This document shows, piece after piece, positions 55,401-64,000 of a DNA stretch of 64,000 bases. Location: the IMG/VR virus record IMGVR_UViG_3300033073_000160, positions 32,001 through 96,000 of that record. One strand, written 5' to 3'. A program made the translations under genes and the position numbers. Below the pieces are notes generated by a model, which saw only the letters and a list, made by a program, of their open reading frames with translations, searched no databases and was not told where the DNA came from. This stretch comes from a virus. Its lineage: Duplodnaviria; Caudoviricetes. Every line of letters starts with the position of its first letter. The stretch's first letter is position 1.

Positions 55401-58400
55401 TCTGTCTAATAATAAAATCAAATTTATCTTCAGGTAACTGAGTTAACTCAAACCCTTGAGGATTGTTCTTAAACAATGCCTGATCCAAGACAAACTCAAT
55501 GTCCTCAAACGCTGCGCTAGCACCGTATTGGCCAACACGAACTGCCCATTCTTCAAAGAATTTTAAACTCTCTTGGCCTTCTGCACTTAGCACATCAAAG
55601 AGCTTATTCAAGCTGTTTTGAGTCCCTTTCTCAATGATCATTCCTTGATAGAACTTATACTCGCTAACATCGTCTTTAATAATGTTAGACAAGTATTGCC
55701 TTGGTTGATAACCTGTCAAATGCTGAGCCATAGTCTGTTGGCCGACGTCAAAGTTACCACTATCTAGGCTGTAGAAATCTTCAAATTGTGCTGCCTTATA
55801 AGACCAGTTTGGTAGTAAAGCAGGTTCTGGTTTTTCTTTTAACTTTGTCCACTCCGAAGATATAAACTTGTCTGCACCGACTACTGGAGCATTTGCGCTA
55901 TAGTAGAATTCTTTATACTTAACAATGTCGCCTAGCGCATAATCAGTCCAAGTAGCCCAGTCTTGAATCTTTGCTTGGTCAAATATAAAACCGGCAACAT
56001 CGAAACTACCGTCCCACTGTGTGCTAACATAACTTGACGTTTTAATACGTTCTTGTCTATATCCACTTTCTGGATTATAAATTACATCGTTGAATAATGT
56101 TGTATTATCTAATAACAATACTTGTTCTTTCTGAACTAAGAAGAATGAAGCACCAAAGATACCAGAACCGTCTACAGGTGCATAACTTACATAGTTTCCT
56201 GAACGATATGAATTTAAAAAGTTTGGTTCAAGTTTTGATCCGTCAACTTTGAAAATTTCGTAACCGTTAAATTGATTCAATATGTCGTCAACAACTGCGT
56301 ATTCGGTCTTAATAACAATTTTATTTGCGGCTGGGCTCAACGATATTACTGAGCTTCCGACCGTGCTAAGACCGTCTAGCTTTGTATAATTTCTAAAGTG
56401 TGTTACACTATTAATTTCTTCAAAGAATTCTGCGGGGGCAACATTTCTTGCAGCCTTGTAATAATCGCCGTTGTATCGAACAATGCTTCCGTAAGTTACA
56501 GGAGTGTCAGGTAACCAGTCGTCCCATTTGTCTTGACCACTTGACCAGTTCTGTGTTGTCCAGAATAAGAATTCTTTTGCGCTAGTTTCCCAGTTGGTAA
56601 TCTGTGCAAGTGTAGAATTAAAGTCGTCAAATACAAAACCTTGATCCTTTAACACTTCGCCGTAACCAACTAAGAAGTCAACAACTTCTTGAATAGTTCT
56701 AAATTTTGTTCCGTATGGAACTACTATCGGAGACGAACGATCCCATAGTCTTCTTAGTATTGCATCACGTCCACCGATAATAGGAAGTTTAGCAAGACGT
56801 TGGAAGTTTGCTGTTTCAAATGTTGCCGTTGACACATGGCTAACTGTTACTCTATAAAACGAGTTGCTGTAGGAAACTACAGTTCCAGGAACATATCGCT
56901 GGCCAGATGCCCACACACTATAGCTCTCTGAGATTCCGCCCACATTAATTGTAAACCCAGACTGAATCCATGGATAGTATTCAAAGAAGGGTTTGCTCTT
57001 ACTGTAGCCCTTAACTTCATAACCATCCTGAAGTTTAGTAATAATAACTCCGCTGTAGGTTAATTTTTTAACAGGGCTGCTAGAGTTTAAAACAATTTTG
57101 TAATTTTCTTGAGGAACAAATACACCGCCTACTGCTGTTGGATTTTTGCTATCTAATAATAAATTAAATTTTTCTTTACTAGTAAACCCGCCAATACGGT
57201 AACTTAGGTTAAAACGAATGTTGTTAAGATCATATACATATTGATCGTAAGATTTCAAGTTGTCACTTAAAATATAGTCAACAATGTAGTTGATAAGACC
57301 TGCGGTTTGAACTCGAGTATTGCTAGAGTAAATGTTTGGTAAAACTACATCTTCTGCTGTAATTCTTAGACCAGTATCTTTATAGACTAATTGTCCGGTT
57401 AAGTTTCTAACAACCCTTGAACGGTCTAGCAGTTTACCGATAACGTCAGCAGGCTTTAATAATAGTGCAGTAATTAAAACACTAAACGGATAATAAGAAC
57501 TTCTTCTCCATGCTGCTTCAATAGGACTTACATCACCAAACACAAAGTCCCCTTCGGTTGATGTAGTAATAACACCGCTAGCCATGCTAGAGGTAATAGG
57601 GCTCACTACATTGCCGTCTGAGTCAACTGGGATGCAGTTTATCAAGAACGGTCTTGCAAACTTAGCATTTCGAATAATTGGTTTTCCAGGCTCGCGAATT
57701 ACACCGTCTGATAAATCTTGCCACATAACTAGATTATCTTTAGTGTATGGAGCAGTTCCATATACGCTTGCCCACCACGTTGGTTCAATACTATAACCTA
57801 ACATTTCCCAAGGGCACAAGTTAGGGCGATCAGTATCTAGCATCCAGCGATAAATTCCTCTCCAGTATCCCGGAACTTCTCTACCGTCCGGAGCTTGCTG
57901 GCCCCTATAATTAAATGTCATGCTATTAGCTCTATCAAAGCTCAGAGGTTTAGAAAAATCTCTATCTATTAAGCTAGTCCACTTATAAAAATTTGGCGCA
58001 AGAATTTCATTAAATTCTGTTAAAGAATAATCGTTGTCTCGGACATAACTTGGAATAACATCGTGAATGTCAAAGATTGTTGGATCGTATTCAACTTTAA
58101 TAGTGTTAAAAATACGTTTTTCTAATTCTAAAATTAGATTATCTCGATAATCTCCATATGCTAGAATTTGACTTCCGTCGTGTCCTTGGATCATTTCTCG
58201 AGGAGTAATTAAACTTGTATCTAGGTATTTCTTAGGTTCATACTTTGGCCAAATACCTAGCTTAGTTGGTGTTTGTGGAACAAAGCATCCGTCGGTGTTA
58301 TCGTATTCGTAAATTGTAATAACATCATCATTTTCTAATGTTGCAATAACGTTAACAAATCCTTGATCACTAAATGTGTAATCAATACCGTATAACAATT

Positions 58401-61197
58401 GATTAATTGATTCGCCCCTAGTCAAGTAAACGCCCACTGCTTTATTTGACAGGTAATTTACATCATATACTGCTGAAAGCGGATACGTCTTAATTCTATA
58501 ATCAATAACAGGGTATTCATTCTTAATAGCTGATCCATAAGGAATCATGTCGCTAAAATAGTAGGGCGATTTTTTTGGTTTGTCTTTGTTTAATGCTTGT
58601 AACACTAAGTCAACATGTTCTTTAGTGGTTGTCTCAACGCCAAGCGTTAACGCAACTGACATAAAGTTACGTTTAAACTGACCATACTCGTCTCTAGCTT
58701 TTTCAATTGCCCGAATAATGTTATTAGATGGACTTGCAACATGATACATTCCAATAGACATTGGGCCGCTATGTTGAACAAACTTTGTCCCGTATGGTGT
58801 TATATTCCCCATATCGCGAAGATTGTTACTTCCGGGGAATGCGCCAATAAATTTGTTTAACGTATTATCAACAATGCTATTAACGTGATCAATTACTTCA
58901 CCTAATGTAAAATCTCCCATTACAGAATTTAATGGATTATTTTGTAAATTAATAGGAACTTCGTAGTAACCGTTGCTGTTAATTGCTTGTTTAGCAAACG
59001 CCTTAATTGTTAATACATCAGATGTTGTGATGTCAGATGCCAAAACAACTTTTTTATAAACTGCACCGCTAACAATAGACCATAATGCGTTGTCAAGTCT
59101 GACACCGTTAATATAGATCCTTACTTCTAAATCATTTAGATTAGATTGATTATCAAATATGTCAATGTCAAAATTATTAACTAGGCCTGAGTTTTTGTAA
59201 ATTCGTAATGCAGGCTGATAGCTAGCATCAACTAAACTAGTCTGCCATCCGTTTTCGTAAGTTACAGTATTGTTACCTGCTGCTTTAACAAAGAAACCTG
59301 TGCTAACTTTTTTCTGTAAGATCTTTTCAACTTCTTTATACTGGAACGTATCAGTTGCTGCGGTAAAATTAAAAACAATGTCGCCAATGTTGTTAATGTT
59401 TCTGTATGAAAGCGGAAATTTTAAATAAGTATCAGCAGTTCCACTACCTTGCTTATATTCAAAGATACTTGTTCCAACAAAAGTTGATCCGTCATATACA
59501 GTCTTATCACTAAAGCTGATACCATTATCATCTACTACATCAAACAACGGGCTTTGATTTAAACTTGTTTTATTCTGAGCAACATTCCAGGTAGTCCCGT
59601 CATACCAACGCATAGTTCCCTGTGCAGTATCCCCTTGACGAACTACTACGACTTGATTCAATACGGGTTCTGATTCAAGAACCAAATGTATTTGTCTGCT
59701 TCTAGTTTGTTTAATGCTGTCTTGAACGTCAATAAATTGAACACGATAAATTTTATTTTTAACTAGAGTATCATTATCTGCGGTAAACAAAACTTTGTGT
59801 CCGTTAACTAGCGGAATACCGTCCACATTATAGCCGATAGAGCCCTCAATTGTAGAAAATACATCAGTAGTAAACGTATCGATTAAATCTACATCTGTCC
59901 CTGCTTCTAAACCAAAATTAAATAATTTTAAATTTGCTGCAAATTCAATGATAGGCCTAACCGCTCTTGTTGTTTGATCAAGGCTTGGAATATTTCCGTT
60001 GTATTTTGCACTAGCTTCAATAACATCTTTATGGAACCATTTGTTATATCTGCTCCATGGGTTTCTGTCACGACTTGCACGATTAATAACAATATAATCA
60101 ACTTGACCAGAATATGCAGTTGCGTTACTAAATGGGAACTCATCAAACTTAGTATCATCAAATAAGATTGATATTTCTTCGGAATACGAAGTAACTAATT
60201 CTAACGATGCTTCTGGAATTAAAACAATCTTAGATCCAACTCCGTCAACGTAAAATTGTCCTGTAGCATATTCAGTAGGAAGAACGTTACCTCCAAACTG
60301 AATCTTCATACCGTTGCTTAACGCTGTTCCGTTAGGCAACGTGTATGTCTTTTTGCCAATTAATTCAGATTCAACATTGATTTCTGTATTATCTTTAATA
60401 TCTAATACATGAAAAACTCCACCAAGATCAATGTTGTTTTCGCTAACATAAAATAATACATCTGGACAATTTTCAGGAACTGTAAAAGTTACAGAACCTT
60501 TCTGCACAGCATGATTATCAACTGCTAATCCTGGACTATAGCGATTATCTGTTCCTGTAGATCTAACAGTTTTAATGCTAAATGGCTCGCCCGGAGTGTC
60601 AATATCAAAGTGATATGTTTGTCCTCTATACAAACGTAAAGTAGGGTTGCGGGTTAGTCCATTAGGAGTAAACAGATACTGCTTATCGTCAAGTTCAGAT
60701 TCGATCGTAACAGAGTATGTGCTTGAAATTGCACGTTGTTGACCGTATATTGTAATAACATCTGGACCATATGGTAGCCAATAATATTGTTGGAAATTTA
60801 CAAACTTATCCCAGTCAATATGAGGATCCCAAGAATAAAATTCTTGCTTATTCAATCGGCTGTGGTTCTTTACGTTTGCGCCGAACGTTTCTAGTTGATT
60901 AATATAATCTTGATAATCTTTAAAGAACTCAGTATTTCCTAACGTATCTTCAATAGTAATACTCGGCTCTAATTGATAGTTTGTTCTATTTGCCGTAGGC
61001 GCAGATACAAAAATGTCATTACCTGTTGTGGCTTTAGCGTTCTTTCTACCGATATAACCGTTAATCTTTTTAACTGTTCCGGGTTTAACTAATTGCTCAA
61101 TTGTGGCCTGCAAGAACTTCTTGTTAGCATCGGACCTATAAAATCTAGGAAGAAAGTTAGAGATGCCGTCGTCGTTTGGATTGATATTATCAGCCAT
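46471..61197 (-). CDS. giant (4908 aa) virion/baseplate structural protein
   Basis: Uninterrupted 14.7-kb ORF between baseplate and tail-fibre genes; beta-rich with propeller-like and W...Y..G.(I/V)V repeats. Confidence 0.85.
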   Translation of the reverse strand: MADNINPNDDGISNFLPRFYRSDANKKFLQATIEQLVKPGTVKKINGYIGRKNAKATTGNDIFVSAPTANRTNYQLEPSITIEDTLGNTEFFKDYQDYINQLETFGANVKNHSRLNKQEFYSWDPHIDWDKFVNFQQYYWLPYGPDVITIYGQQRAISSTYSVTIESELDDKQYLFTPNGLTRNPTLRLYRGQTYHFDIDTPGEPFSIKTVRSTGTDNRYSPGLAVDNHAVQKGSVTFTVPENCPDVLFYVSENNIDLGGVFHVLDIKDNTEINVESELIGKKTYTLPNGTALSNGMKIQFGGNVLPTEYATGQFYVDGVGSKIVLIPEASLELVTSYSEEISILFDDTKFDEFPFSNATAYSGQVDYIVINRASRDRNPWSRYNKWFHKDVIEASAKYNGNIPSLDQTTRAVRPIIEFAANLKLFNFGLEAGTDVDLIDTFTTDVFSTIEGSIGYNVDGIPLVNGHKVLFTADNDTLVKNKIYRVQFIDVQDSIKQTRSRQIHLVLESEPVLNQVVVVRQGDTAQGTMRWYDGTTWNVAQNKTSLNQSPLFDVVDDNGISFSDKTVYDGSTFVGTSIFEYKQGSGTADTYLKFPLSYRNINNIGDIVFNFTAATDTFQYKEVEKILQKKVSTGFFVKAAGNNTVTYENGWQTSLVDASYQPALRIYKNSGLVNNFDIDIFDNQSNLNDLEVRIYINGVRLDNALWSIVSGAVYKKVVLASDITTSDVLTIKAFAKQAINSNGYYEVPINLQNNPLNSVMGDFTLGEVIDHVNSIVDNTLNKFIGAFPGSNNLRDMGNITPYGTKFVQHSGPMSIGMYHVASPSNNIIRAIEKARDEYGQFKRNFMSVALTLGVETTTKEHVDLVLQALNKDKPKKSPYYFSDMIPYGSAIKNEYPVIDYRIKTYPLSAVYDVNYLSNKAVGVYLTRGESINQLLYGIDYTFSDQGFVNVIATLENDDVITIYEYDNTDGCFVPQTPTKLGIWPKYEPKKYLDTSLITPREMIQGHDGSQILAYGDYRDNLILELEKRIFNTIKVEYDPTIFDIHDVIPSYVRDNDYSLTEFNEILAPNFYKWTSLIDRDFSKPLSFDRANSMTFNYRGQQAPDGREVPGYWRGIYRWMLDTDRPNLCPWEMLGYSIEPTWWASVYGTAPYTKDNLVMWQDLSDGVIREPGKPIIRNAKFARPFLINCIPVDSDGNVVSPITSSMASGVITTSTEGDFVFGDVSPIEAAWRRSSYYPFSVLITALLLKPADVIGKLLDRSRVVRNLTGQLVYKDTGLRITAEDVVLPNIYSSNTRVQTAGLINYIVDYILSDNLKSYDQYVYDLNNIRFNLSYRIGGFTSKEKFNLLLDSKNPTAVGGVFVPQENYKIVLNSSSPVKKLTYSGVIITKLQDGYEVKGYSKSKPFFEYYPWIQSGFTINVGGISESYSVWASGQRYVPGTVVSYSNSFYRVTVSHVSTATFETANFQRLAKLPIIGGRDAILRRLWDRSSPIVVPYGTKFRTIQEVVDFLVGYGEVLKDQGFVFDDFNSTLAQITNWETSAKEFLFWTTQNWSSGQDKWDDWLPDTPVTYGSIVRYNGDYYKAARNVAPAEFFEEINSVTHFRNYTKLDGLSTVGSSVISLSPAANKIVIKTEYAVVDDILNQFNGYEIFKVDGSKLEPNFLNSYRSGNYVSYAPVDGSGIFGASFFLVQKEQVLLLDNTTLFNDVIYNPESGYRQERIKTSSYVSTQWDGSFDVAGFIFDQAKIQDWATWTDYALGDIVKYKEFYYSANAPVVGADKFISSEWTKLKEKPEPALLPNWSYKAAQFEDFYSLDSGNFDVGQQTMAQHLTGYQPRQYLSNIIKDDVSEYKFYQGMIIEKGTQNSLNKLFDVLSAEGQESLKFFEEWAVRVGQYGASAAFEDIEFVLDQALFKNNPQGFELTQLPEDKFDFIIRQTPNDLYLKPLGYKSQPWKLSENFTPFLRTPGYVREEEVSLVLDNVEEILSQDPNPLNDGDYIWCAFEGREWNIYRYTSTSYKIVNAVYSSNTLTITTDQQVTLTPGTYVSIVQVDKFSGFYKVNSVSLNTFTIKATLTTPPDAPFVNQETAQLFFLTPQRATSIDTAAEILPARIKAGEKLWTDDNGNGKWCMWEYSPVYATRQFVNPTPGTDLGYGRQLALSGNGGYAVVSTTNNLVIAYDKASGSSIWLQRQTITSPFICQPVDIVDQEVGYFAETVAVSLDGQWIALGSPQASNASTRWLGEYQTNDTYMPGDIVESATLHYVALFENTQIPVTNTAYWKPIKYIETTEDGISTGATRHGVVSLYKKDASSIANLVATITSPTIVNNQLFGSNIVFGNNKLFVAAAGHDSGTGCVYQLDYNTITTTATYQPVGSSGTTLKVSSTANIEVGMTVTGTGFTSPHTVTQVVNSSTLRISETPNSTPFGELTFTISRWEYSYDTAINDVTLSAGAGFGDSIVVNPDNTTLSISAPADNKVFVYNLTDGNYELAQTITSTLASQQFGDSLALSSSATYLAVGATLYDGDKLDQGRVLVYELGANGYTLYQTVESHKPETAEFFGSKIAFMNDYETLVVYSANGDSYKLAEFDSGATIFDNGTMVLTEYSVDSGRVDIFDRYASKWIYSETLSVNDSPRMGDGYGTGFAVGRNNILVSAPYAVDLSLRSGVVYNYEKTRGALSWSAKYVETAKPDISKIKKAFLYNKATNDLVTYIDIIDPIQGKIAGIAEQEIKFKTFYDPATYSIGTGDDVKVDDGMAWTSDKVGMLWWDLRRAKFIDSYGGDVVYKNTTWNTLFKTASIDVYEWVETNLLPSAWDKQADTDAGLTLGISGTSLYGDTVYSVKRRYDTISRSFKNTYYYWVKNKKTIPNAQGRNMSANNVANLIANPKGEGYKYLALTSANSFSLVNVKPLLQDADVVLAVQYWTIDQTDQNVHSQWRLVSEDVNSNLPAAIEEKWFDSLCGKDQNNQVVPDLNLPPKLRYGAEFRPRQGMFVNRFEALKQFVERANSSLLENQIVESRDISALNSFDPAPSLITALYDVAFDTDAELRFASVSTVKVPTINPVVSSDGEIVGVDIVDAGNGYLTAPYIKIKGNGRGAEIQTIINTRGQITGIKIISAGQGYDSTTKFEVRNYSALVRSDSQALNRWSIYSYDPYYKVWSRTQSQAYDTRRYWSYVDWYAAGINQFTLADHSVNTLSDLNSITVKIGQLVKVRTNGTGGWELLQKYADSTSIDWTQSYKVVGTENGTIQLSSELYKFTNTTLGYDGALFDGDAFDNTAVIELRIILNTLKNKIFTDTLKQTYLDLFFTCLRYAFAEQTYLDWAFKTSFVRVQHNVGELKQKVTYNNDNLADFEAYVAEVKPYRTQIREYVSEYTKVDTSQASVTDFDLLPVSNDGVNSPMFTYNVDGDIQANDPAILTYPWKHWLDNVGFEITSLKLVDQGSGYVTEPVVRIIDQNSNNQSVVPATARAFITNGKVSRVVLLTPGSGYLTAPKIVIDGGLEEGGTPATAVAIIGNSVVRSNLIKMKFDRISKTFFITELEETASFVGTGSKLQFVLKWAPDLRIGKSSVTVNGVDTIRADYTLTINKSISRGYTSYYGTLTFDTAPPKDAVIEISYIKDWSLLNAADRIQYYYDPQTGQLGKDLAQLMTGVDYGGVIITGLDFSVSSGWDSLPFFTDRWDEIDPTFDDYIIRAGLNSNSFDLPYIPEYGVVINVYHNGVRIDDPNFGTAQQKNANATMQTFVGDGINSTVVLPSISTTQASASVTTAGSNTIEFSSVENIQVGSLVLSPDVIPDGTVVTSVTGNKVPASITGTISGNTLTAAGLTTNAVGMRVSGVGVATDTYIVSVVAAIPGVKEIQKILVSGISSGPVTFLDYLVQDTYAGQSAATIVIKIVSQRLDIIAAWNTANPSKTIEELEIDLFEDGDTTIKVTYDVTAGNVSIIPQASSSGINFSASVSSREGVAGTTSTAQLTGDPQSVALIPMTITPIMEISNALLAAIPNASELVVGTGTNFTTGIQVKGTTKIALSNAVGVAVGDLVSSYLPRITTTGIPTNTTVIAVDVVTNLVTLSNAITVEIPADTNLTFGYNKLFFRKSTSDGSIKPQEVDYDTALSGGYDANGFIGYQTATGLAADDILLDGDGFVTPTTSSDVEEVVPGQVVDAVAIKVFYRPGSGAANVRVDTHVADGALDTFAMSQYINSAEAVLVKVDNVVLTNVDDYTVNYADRTVTLLEVPTAGQVVALFNFGFNGSNVLDIDYFVGNGTTTEFITKSPWLESISSLVYINGNPEPYELFRTDSTYENVNSVGIRFGTAPAVGQVINYVIVEGIDNNFSVVTTERLHPTGSSTDLLVSAPIGNSLPLATNLIVRVDQTILRPANTSYYTINKNKLTYFVDQSKVKPYEPDMSDITVYADGVLLKVNVDYNIDPAGISVKINRNVYNTYKNKTLIICITTGQEYSIIPGSAGYTYVDPENPTQIITVPATPSTIKFVTAPAVDSIVEITTAYKHDILDIQRTQLTIKSELVYTPDEFNYYNYVGLTGGNVVLGRAVLNDSSVWVSKNGTLLTPSVDYKLNADRQSIKFEQPLLLDDKIDVITYSRNIATASVSYMQFKDMLNRTHFKRLSKKKQSALVNPLNFYDTEIEVEDASNFEEPNPARNYPGVVEIRGERIEYFAKNGNVLSRLRRATLGTGAAPVYPAGAHVQDIGPSETIPYRDDTQIEQVASTGSLDIEIPFIPTSVNEIEVFVGGYDTALTWASGVLYSVGTIVQVGSYAYRCVTEHTSSAVFSADVDKWNFFIGNLRLKKHDYKVHNVSIHPESPEGDVSFDADFTVDGITNSIKLSNALDEGVKVTVVKKTGRLWSGITYFPTEMIVDTTATDFDTGTTTFDLRDQRLLAASNDNINSFLKAEEGIWYTPTRTS

Positions 61198-61208
61198 TGT
61201 TATCCCGT

Positions 61209-63998
61209 TTAATTACTTGTAATTGATTGTTGTCCTACTGCGTTGCTTGTAACAGTAGTTGAACTAATTGCTTTAATTGTGCTTGCAGTTATACCAGTTA
61301 TAACTTCAATATCGTCAACAGTAGCACCGTTGACAAATAACTCATTACTATTTGCCTTAATTTCAAATAAACTACCAAAGTTTAATCCGTTTGCTTTAGG
61401 AACGATTACAAAATTTGTAATGTTCGGTGCAAGCTGATTCATAACATAAGTTGATAGTTCTGAGAAGTAGAATGTATCTCCAAAGTCCCAGTTTTCTAAA
61501 ACAAAGAATTGATTCATTGCTTGTAAAACTTGTGACTTAATATCGTTATCAGAAATAACCTGCGAAGAATTTTTCACAGCCTTAAAGGTTGCTTGTAAAT
61601 CACTCGATGCACTTGCACCAAATAAAACTTTATATTTTACCGGATGGTAAATGATCTCATCGCTAATTGATTTAATAATATTCAAACTAGGTGCTAAGGT
61701 ATTATACAATGCATCGCTGCTTGGTGGTAAAGGCTCTGTGCTTCTAGCACCTGATAAGTATTGTCTAAATTGTGTATCGTAGGTCTTTGACAAAATAAAC
61801 ACATCAATGATATTGCTTGATCCTGGGTCAATTCTTGACTCATAGTCAGCATTATGAATGTATTGAAATTTAAGTTTATCTCTTCCTAAGAATACTTTAT
61901 AATCTAAAGAAACTGTTAACGTTGATGTTGTTTTATTTAATTTTTTAACAACTCCAGTATCTATAAAATAATAATACTGACCGTCAGTTTCATTAAGATA
62001 AGATCCTAAATCATCTTGGCTTGATAAGATTTTTACAATGTCTGCATCGTTATTAATATAACGATAATCTTCTTGCCCTAATGCAACTTCGTATCGTTCT
62101 AATACAATATACTTTGTTAAAGGATCGCCAACTAATGGACCAACAATATTAGTAAAACTGTCTGGATCATTAACAACACCATTATCATCGGGATCTGCAA
62201 ATGTGACTAATATTTTCTTATTGTCAACATATCCGTCGAGTCCCCTATACTCTGAAACAATATCCCAAAGTAAGTCATTAGTATACGCAGTAGTTGAAGA
62301 TGGTAATGTATTGATATTCAATACTTTAATATTGTCTTTGACAATCGCATTGGACTTGCTGTCATATATTTTATTTGTGCTATCAAAATAGAATCTAACT
62401 TGTTTATCGCTTTCAAAGATATACTGCTGTTCTCTACTTGTCACAGTATAAAACTCATTGTCTGTAGTAAATAATAACAACCAACTTGAGTCAAGTTGTT
62501 GATTTGACACATCACCTTGCTTACCTAAGCTGAATGAATTCTTAGAATCTAAGTTAGATTCAAATATAATCTGCCACGTCTTTGTTGTAGTTTCATAACG
62601 TAATCCAAACGGCTTATTAGCAAAAATAAGGTCGATCATTGTTGTGATTACTGAGCTGCTAATTACAGTTCTCCATTTAGGAATAATTTGAGATACAGTT
62701 GCCCTCGATGGCATCACTGTGTTTAATTTAATAGGGCCAAAGCCTGTTGATAAAACACCAGTGCCGTTGGCAGTGCCGTCACCACTAACTGAAACTACTT
62801 CGGCCCATATATAACTTGCCGATCCTAATGTAGTAGGAGTCCCTGCTACTAGAGCATTGTTGTTGTTAGTATCAAAATAATATCCTGTTGGTGCTAAAAA
62901 CTTAACTAAAGAACCTGCTTCGATATATTTTAAATCAGTTGCAGTATATTGACCAACTTTATATGTTACAGTTGGTGCATCGGCGTCGCCGATATAACCA
63001 GTTGCCATTCCAGAGTCAGTAGTCTTATTATACCATGCAATACTTAGACTTGCAGTTGCTAACTTTAAAAATTTTGTATAGTAATAATTTCTTAAACTTG
63101 CTCGTTTTAAAATATCAAATATATTATTGTAGATAACACCTTCGATGTCTGTTTTAGTAACATAACTAAAACGGAATTTATCAGTAAATTGCTCTTGATA
63201 TAACACACCGTCGTCAGCAAATAAATTTGTGCTAGAATATTTTCCAGTTGGGTCAACTAGATCAAAATAACGACTAATGCCAGAACTTGACCTGTTTACT
63301 GCTTTTATTTTTGCAACTTCTTGATTTGTAGACAGTGGACTAATATTGTAGTCTTCGCCAGTAATCATTCTATTTTGTGTATAATAGTTTTGAGGGGCGT
63401 TAGTCTTAATGCTAGTATTAGATTCAGTTGCAGATGCGTTTGCAACTGAACTTGGTAAGGTTAATGTAATAGTAACTGTTTCAACTTGTCCTAGATGAGA
63501 CGTATAAGGAATTGAAATAGTAATTCCCCTCATGTCTTTAGGATTAATTGTATAAGTTAGTGCATTACTTGTTCTATAATAGGCACGGAATGTTCCAAGT
63601 GGTAAATTACCAAAAGTGCCATCACTGAACACTAGGCTTACTCGATCGCCTGCGCGAGTTACAACTCCGTAAATGTTACGAATACTTTTATTCAAACTAT
63701 TATAGATAATGTTGTTACCTTCAAAGCTAGGAACCTTTGTCCATAATTCTGACTCTAAGCCATTCTGACTTAGTCTGTATAACCATACATCATCGTTATT
63801 AATATTAGTTGCATCAATATCAACTGACTCGTTACTACTAGGTTGTGATATTGCAAACGATCCAGTATTAAGGGTTCCTTGACGGAAGTGCATAAAAAAT
63901 CCAGAGCTTCCGGATGCATAACCTTTACCGTCATCTCTGTAGATGAAGGCTGGCTTGTTTCCAATCTTTGGGGGTTCTTCGTAGATAAACGATTCTCC
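61209..63998 (-). CDS. baseplate wedge protein (T4 gp6-like), 5'-truncated by the window
   Basis: ESNTSIKTNAP..YYTQNRMITGEDY and FF...NWDFGDTFYFSEL motifs; the frame stays open upstream of the ATG at 63893 to the window edge. Confidence 0.75.
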   Translation of the reverse strand, partial: GESFIYEEPPKIGNKPAFIYRDDGKGYASGSSGFFMHFRQGTLNTGSFAISQPSSNESVDIDATNINNDDVWLYRLSQNGLESELWTKVPSFEGNNIIYNSLNKSIRNIYGVVTRAGDRVSLVFSDGTFGNLPLGTFRAYYRTSNALTYTINPKDMRGITISIPYTSHLGQVETVTITLTLPSSVANASATESNTSIKTNAPQNYYTQNRMITGEDYNISPLSTNQEVAKIKAVNRSSSGISRYFDLVDPTGKYSSTNLFADDGVLYQEQFTDKFRFSYVTKTDIEGVIYNNIFDILKRASLRNYYYTKFLKLATASLSIAWYNKTTDSGMATGYIGDADAPTVTYKVGQYTATDLKYIEAGSLVKFLAPTGYYFDTNNNNALVAGTPTTLGSASYIWAEVVSVSGDGTANGTGVLSTGFGPIKLNTVMPSRATVSQIIPKWRTVISSSVITTMIDLIFANKPFGLRYETTTKTWQIIFESNLDSKNSFSLGKQGDVSNQQLDSSWLLLFTTDNEFYTVTSREQQYIFESDKQVRFYFDSTNKIYDSKSNAIVKDNIKVLNINTLPSSTTAYTNDLLWDIVSEYRGLDGYVDNKKILVTFADPDDNGVVNDPDSFTNIVGPLVGDPLTKYIVLERYEVALGQEDYRYINNDADIVKILSSQDDLGSYLNETDGQYYYFIDTGVVKKLNKTTSTLTVSLDYKVFLGRDKLKFQYIHNADYESRIDPGSSNIIDVFILSKTYDTQFRQYLSGARSTEPLPPSSDALYNTLAPSLNIIKSISDEIIYHPVKYKVLFGASASSDLQATFKAVKNSSQVISDNDIKSQVLQAMNQFFVLENWDFGDTFYFSELSTYVMNQLAPNITNFVIVPKANGLNFGSLFEIKANSNELFVNGATVDDIEVITGITASTIKAISSTTVTSNAVGQQSITSN

Positions 63999-64000
63999 TG

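Noticed and set aside
40330-63964. Plus-strand ORFs and short alternative-frame ORFs within the tail genes
   Set aside because: Shadows of long minus-strand structural genes; no independent signals.
1-64000. Stop-codon reassignment, seen in some large phages
   Set aside because: The standard code already gives near-complete gene tiling with intact enzymes and a 14.7-kb ORF.

Overview
64 kb of an AT-rich, densely coded genome of a large (probably jumbo, T4-superfamily-like) tailed dsDNA phage, standard genetic code. I recognised no tRNA, rRNA, CRISPR array or mobile element. The plus strand (1-34.7 kb) carries the 3' end of a ClpA/B-type ATPase and a cluster of probable capsid-internal proteins sharing an N-terminal signal and (V/L/I)-x-E cleavage-like sites; this cluster includes a KxDG ligase-like protein, an HxGH nucleotidyltransferase and Dps. 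It continues with a replication and DNA-modification block (family B polymerase, UDP-sugar dehydrogenase, sliding clamp, TGT/DpdA-like transglycosylase, T-fold DpdL/QueD-like protein, glycosyltransferase, cupin, PRTase, HIT, 2OG-Fe(II) oxygenase, FolE, QueE), then an RNase H-like nuclease, a MoxR-VWA pair and ThyX. The minus strand (34.7-64 kb) carries four glycosyltransferases, tail-fibre paralogues, a 4908-aa virion protein and a baseplate wedge protein. The best candidate for a new system is a QueC-less 7-deazaguanine DNA-modification pathway whose transglycosylase ends in the same C-terminal peptide as the polymerase (NTFxxLF), suggesting clamp-coupled modification with possible sugar decoration. 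Other highlights are a tandem twin-loop RNA operator ahead of the polymerase and protease-punctuated packaged polyproteins. All family calls are by eye from motifs; no database search was run.
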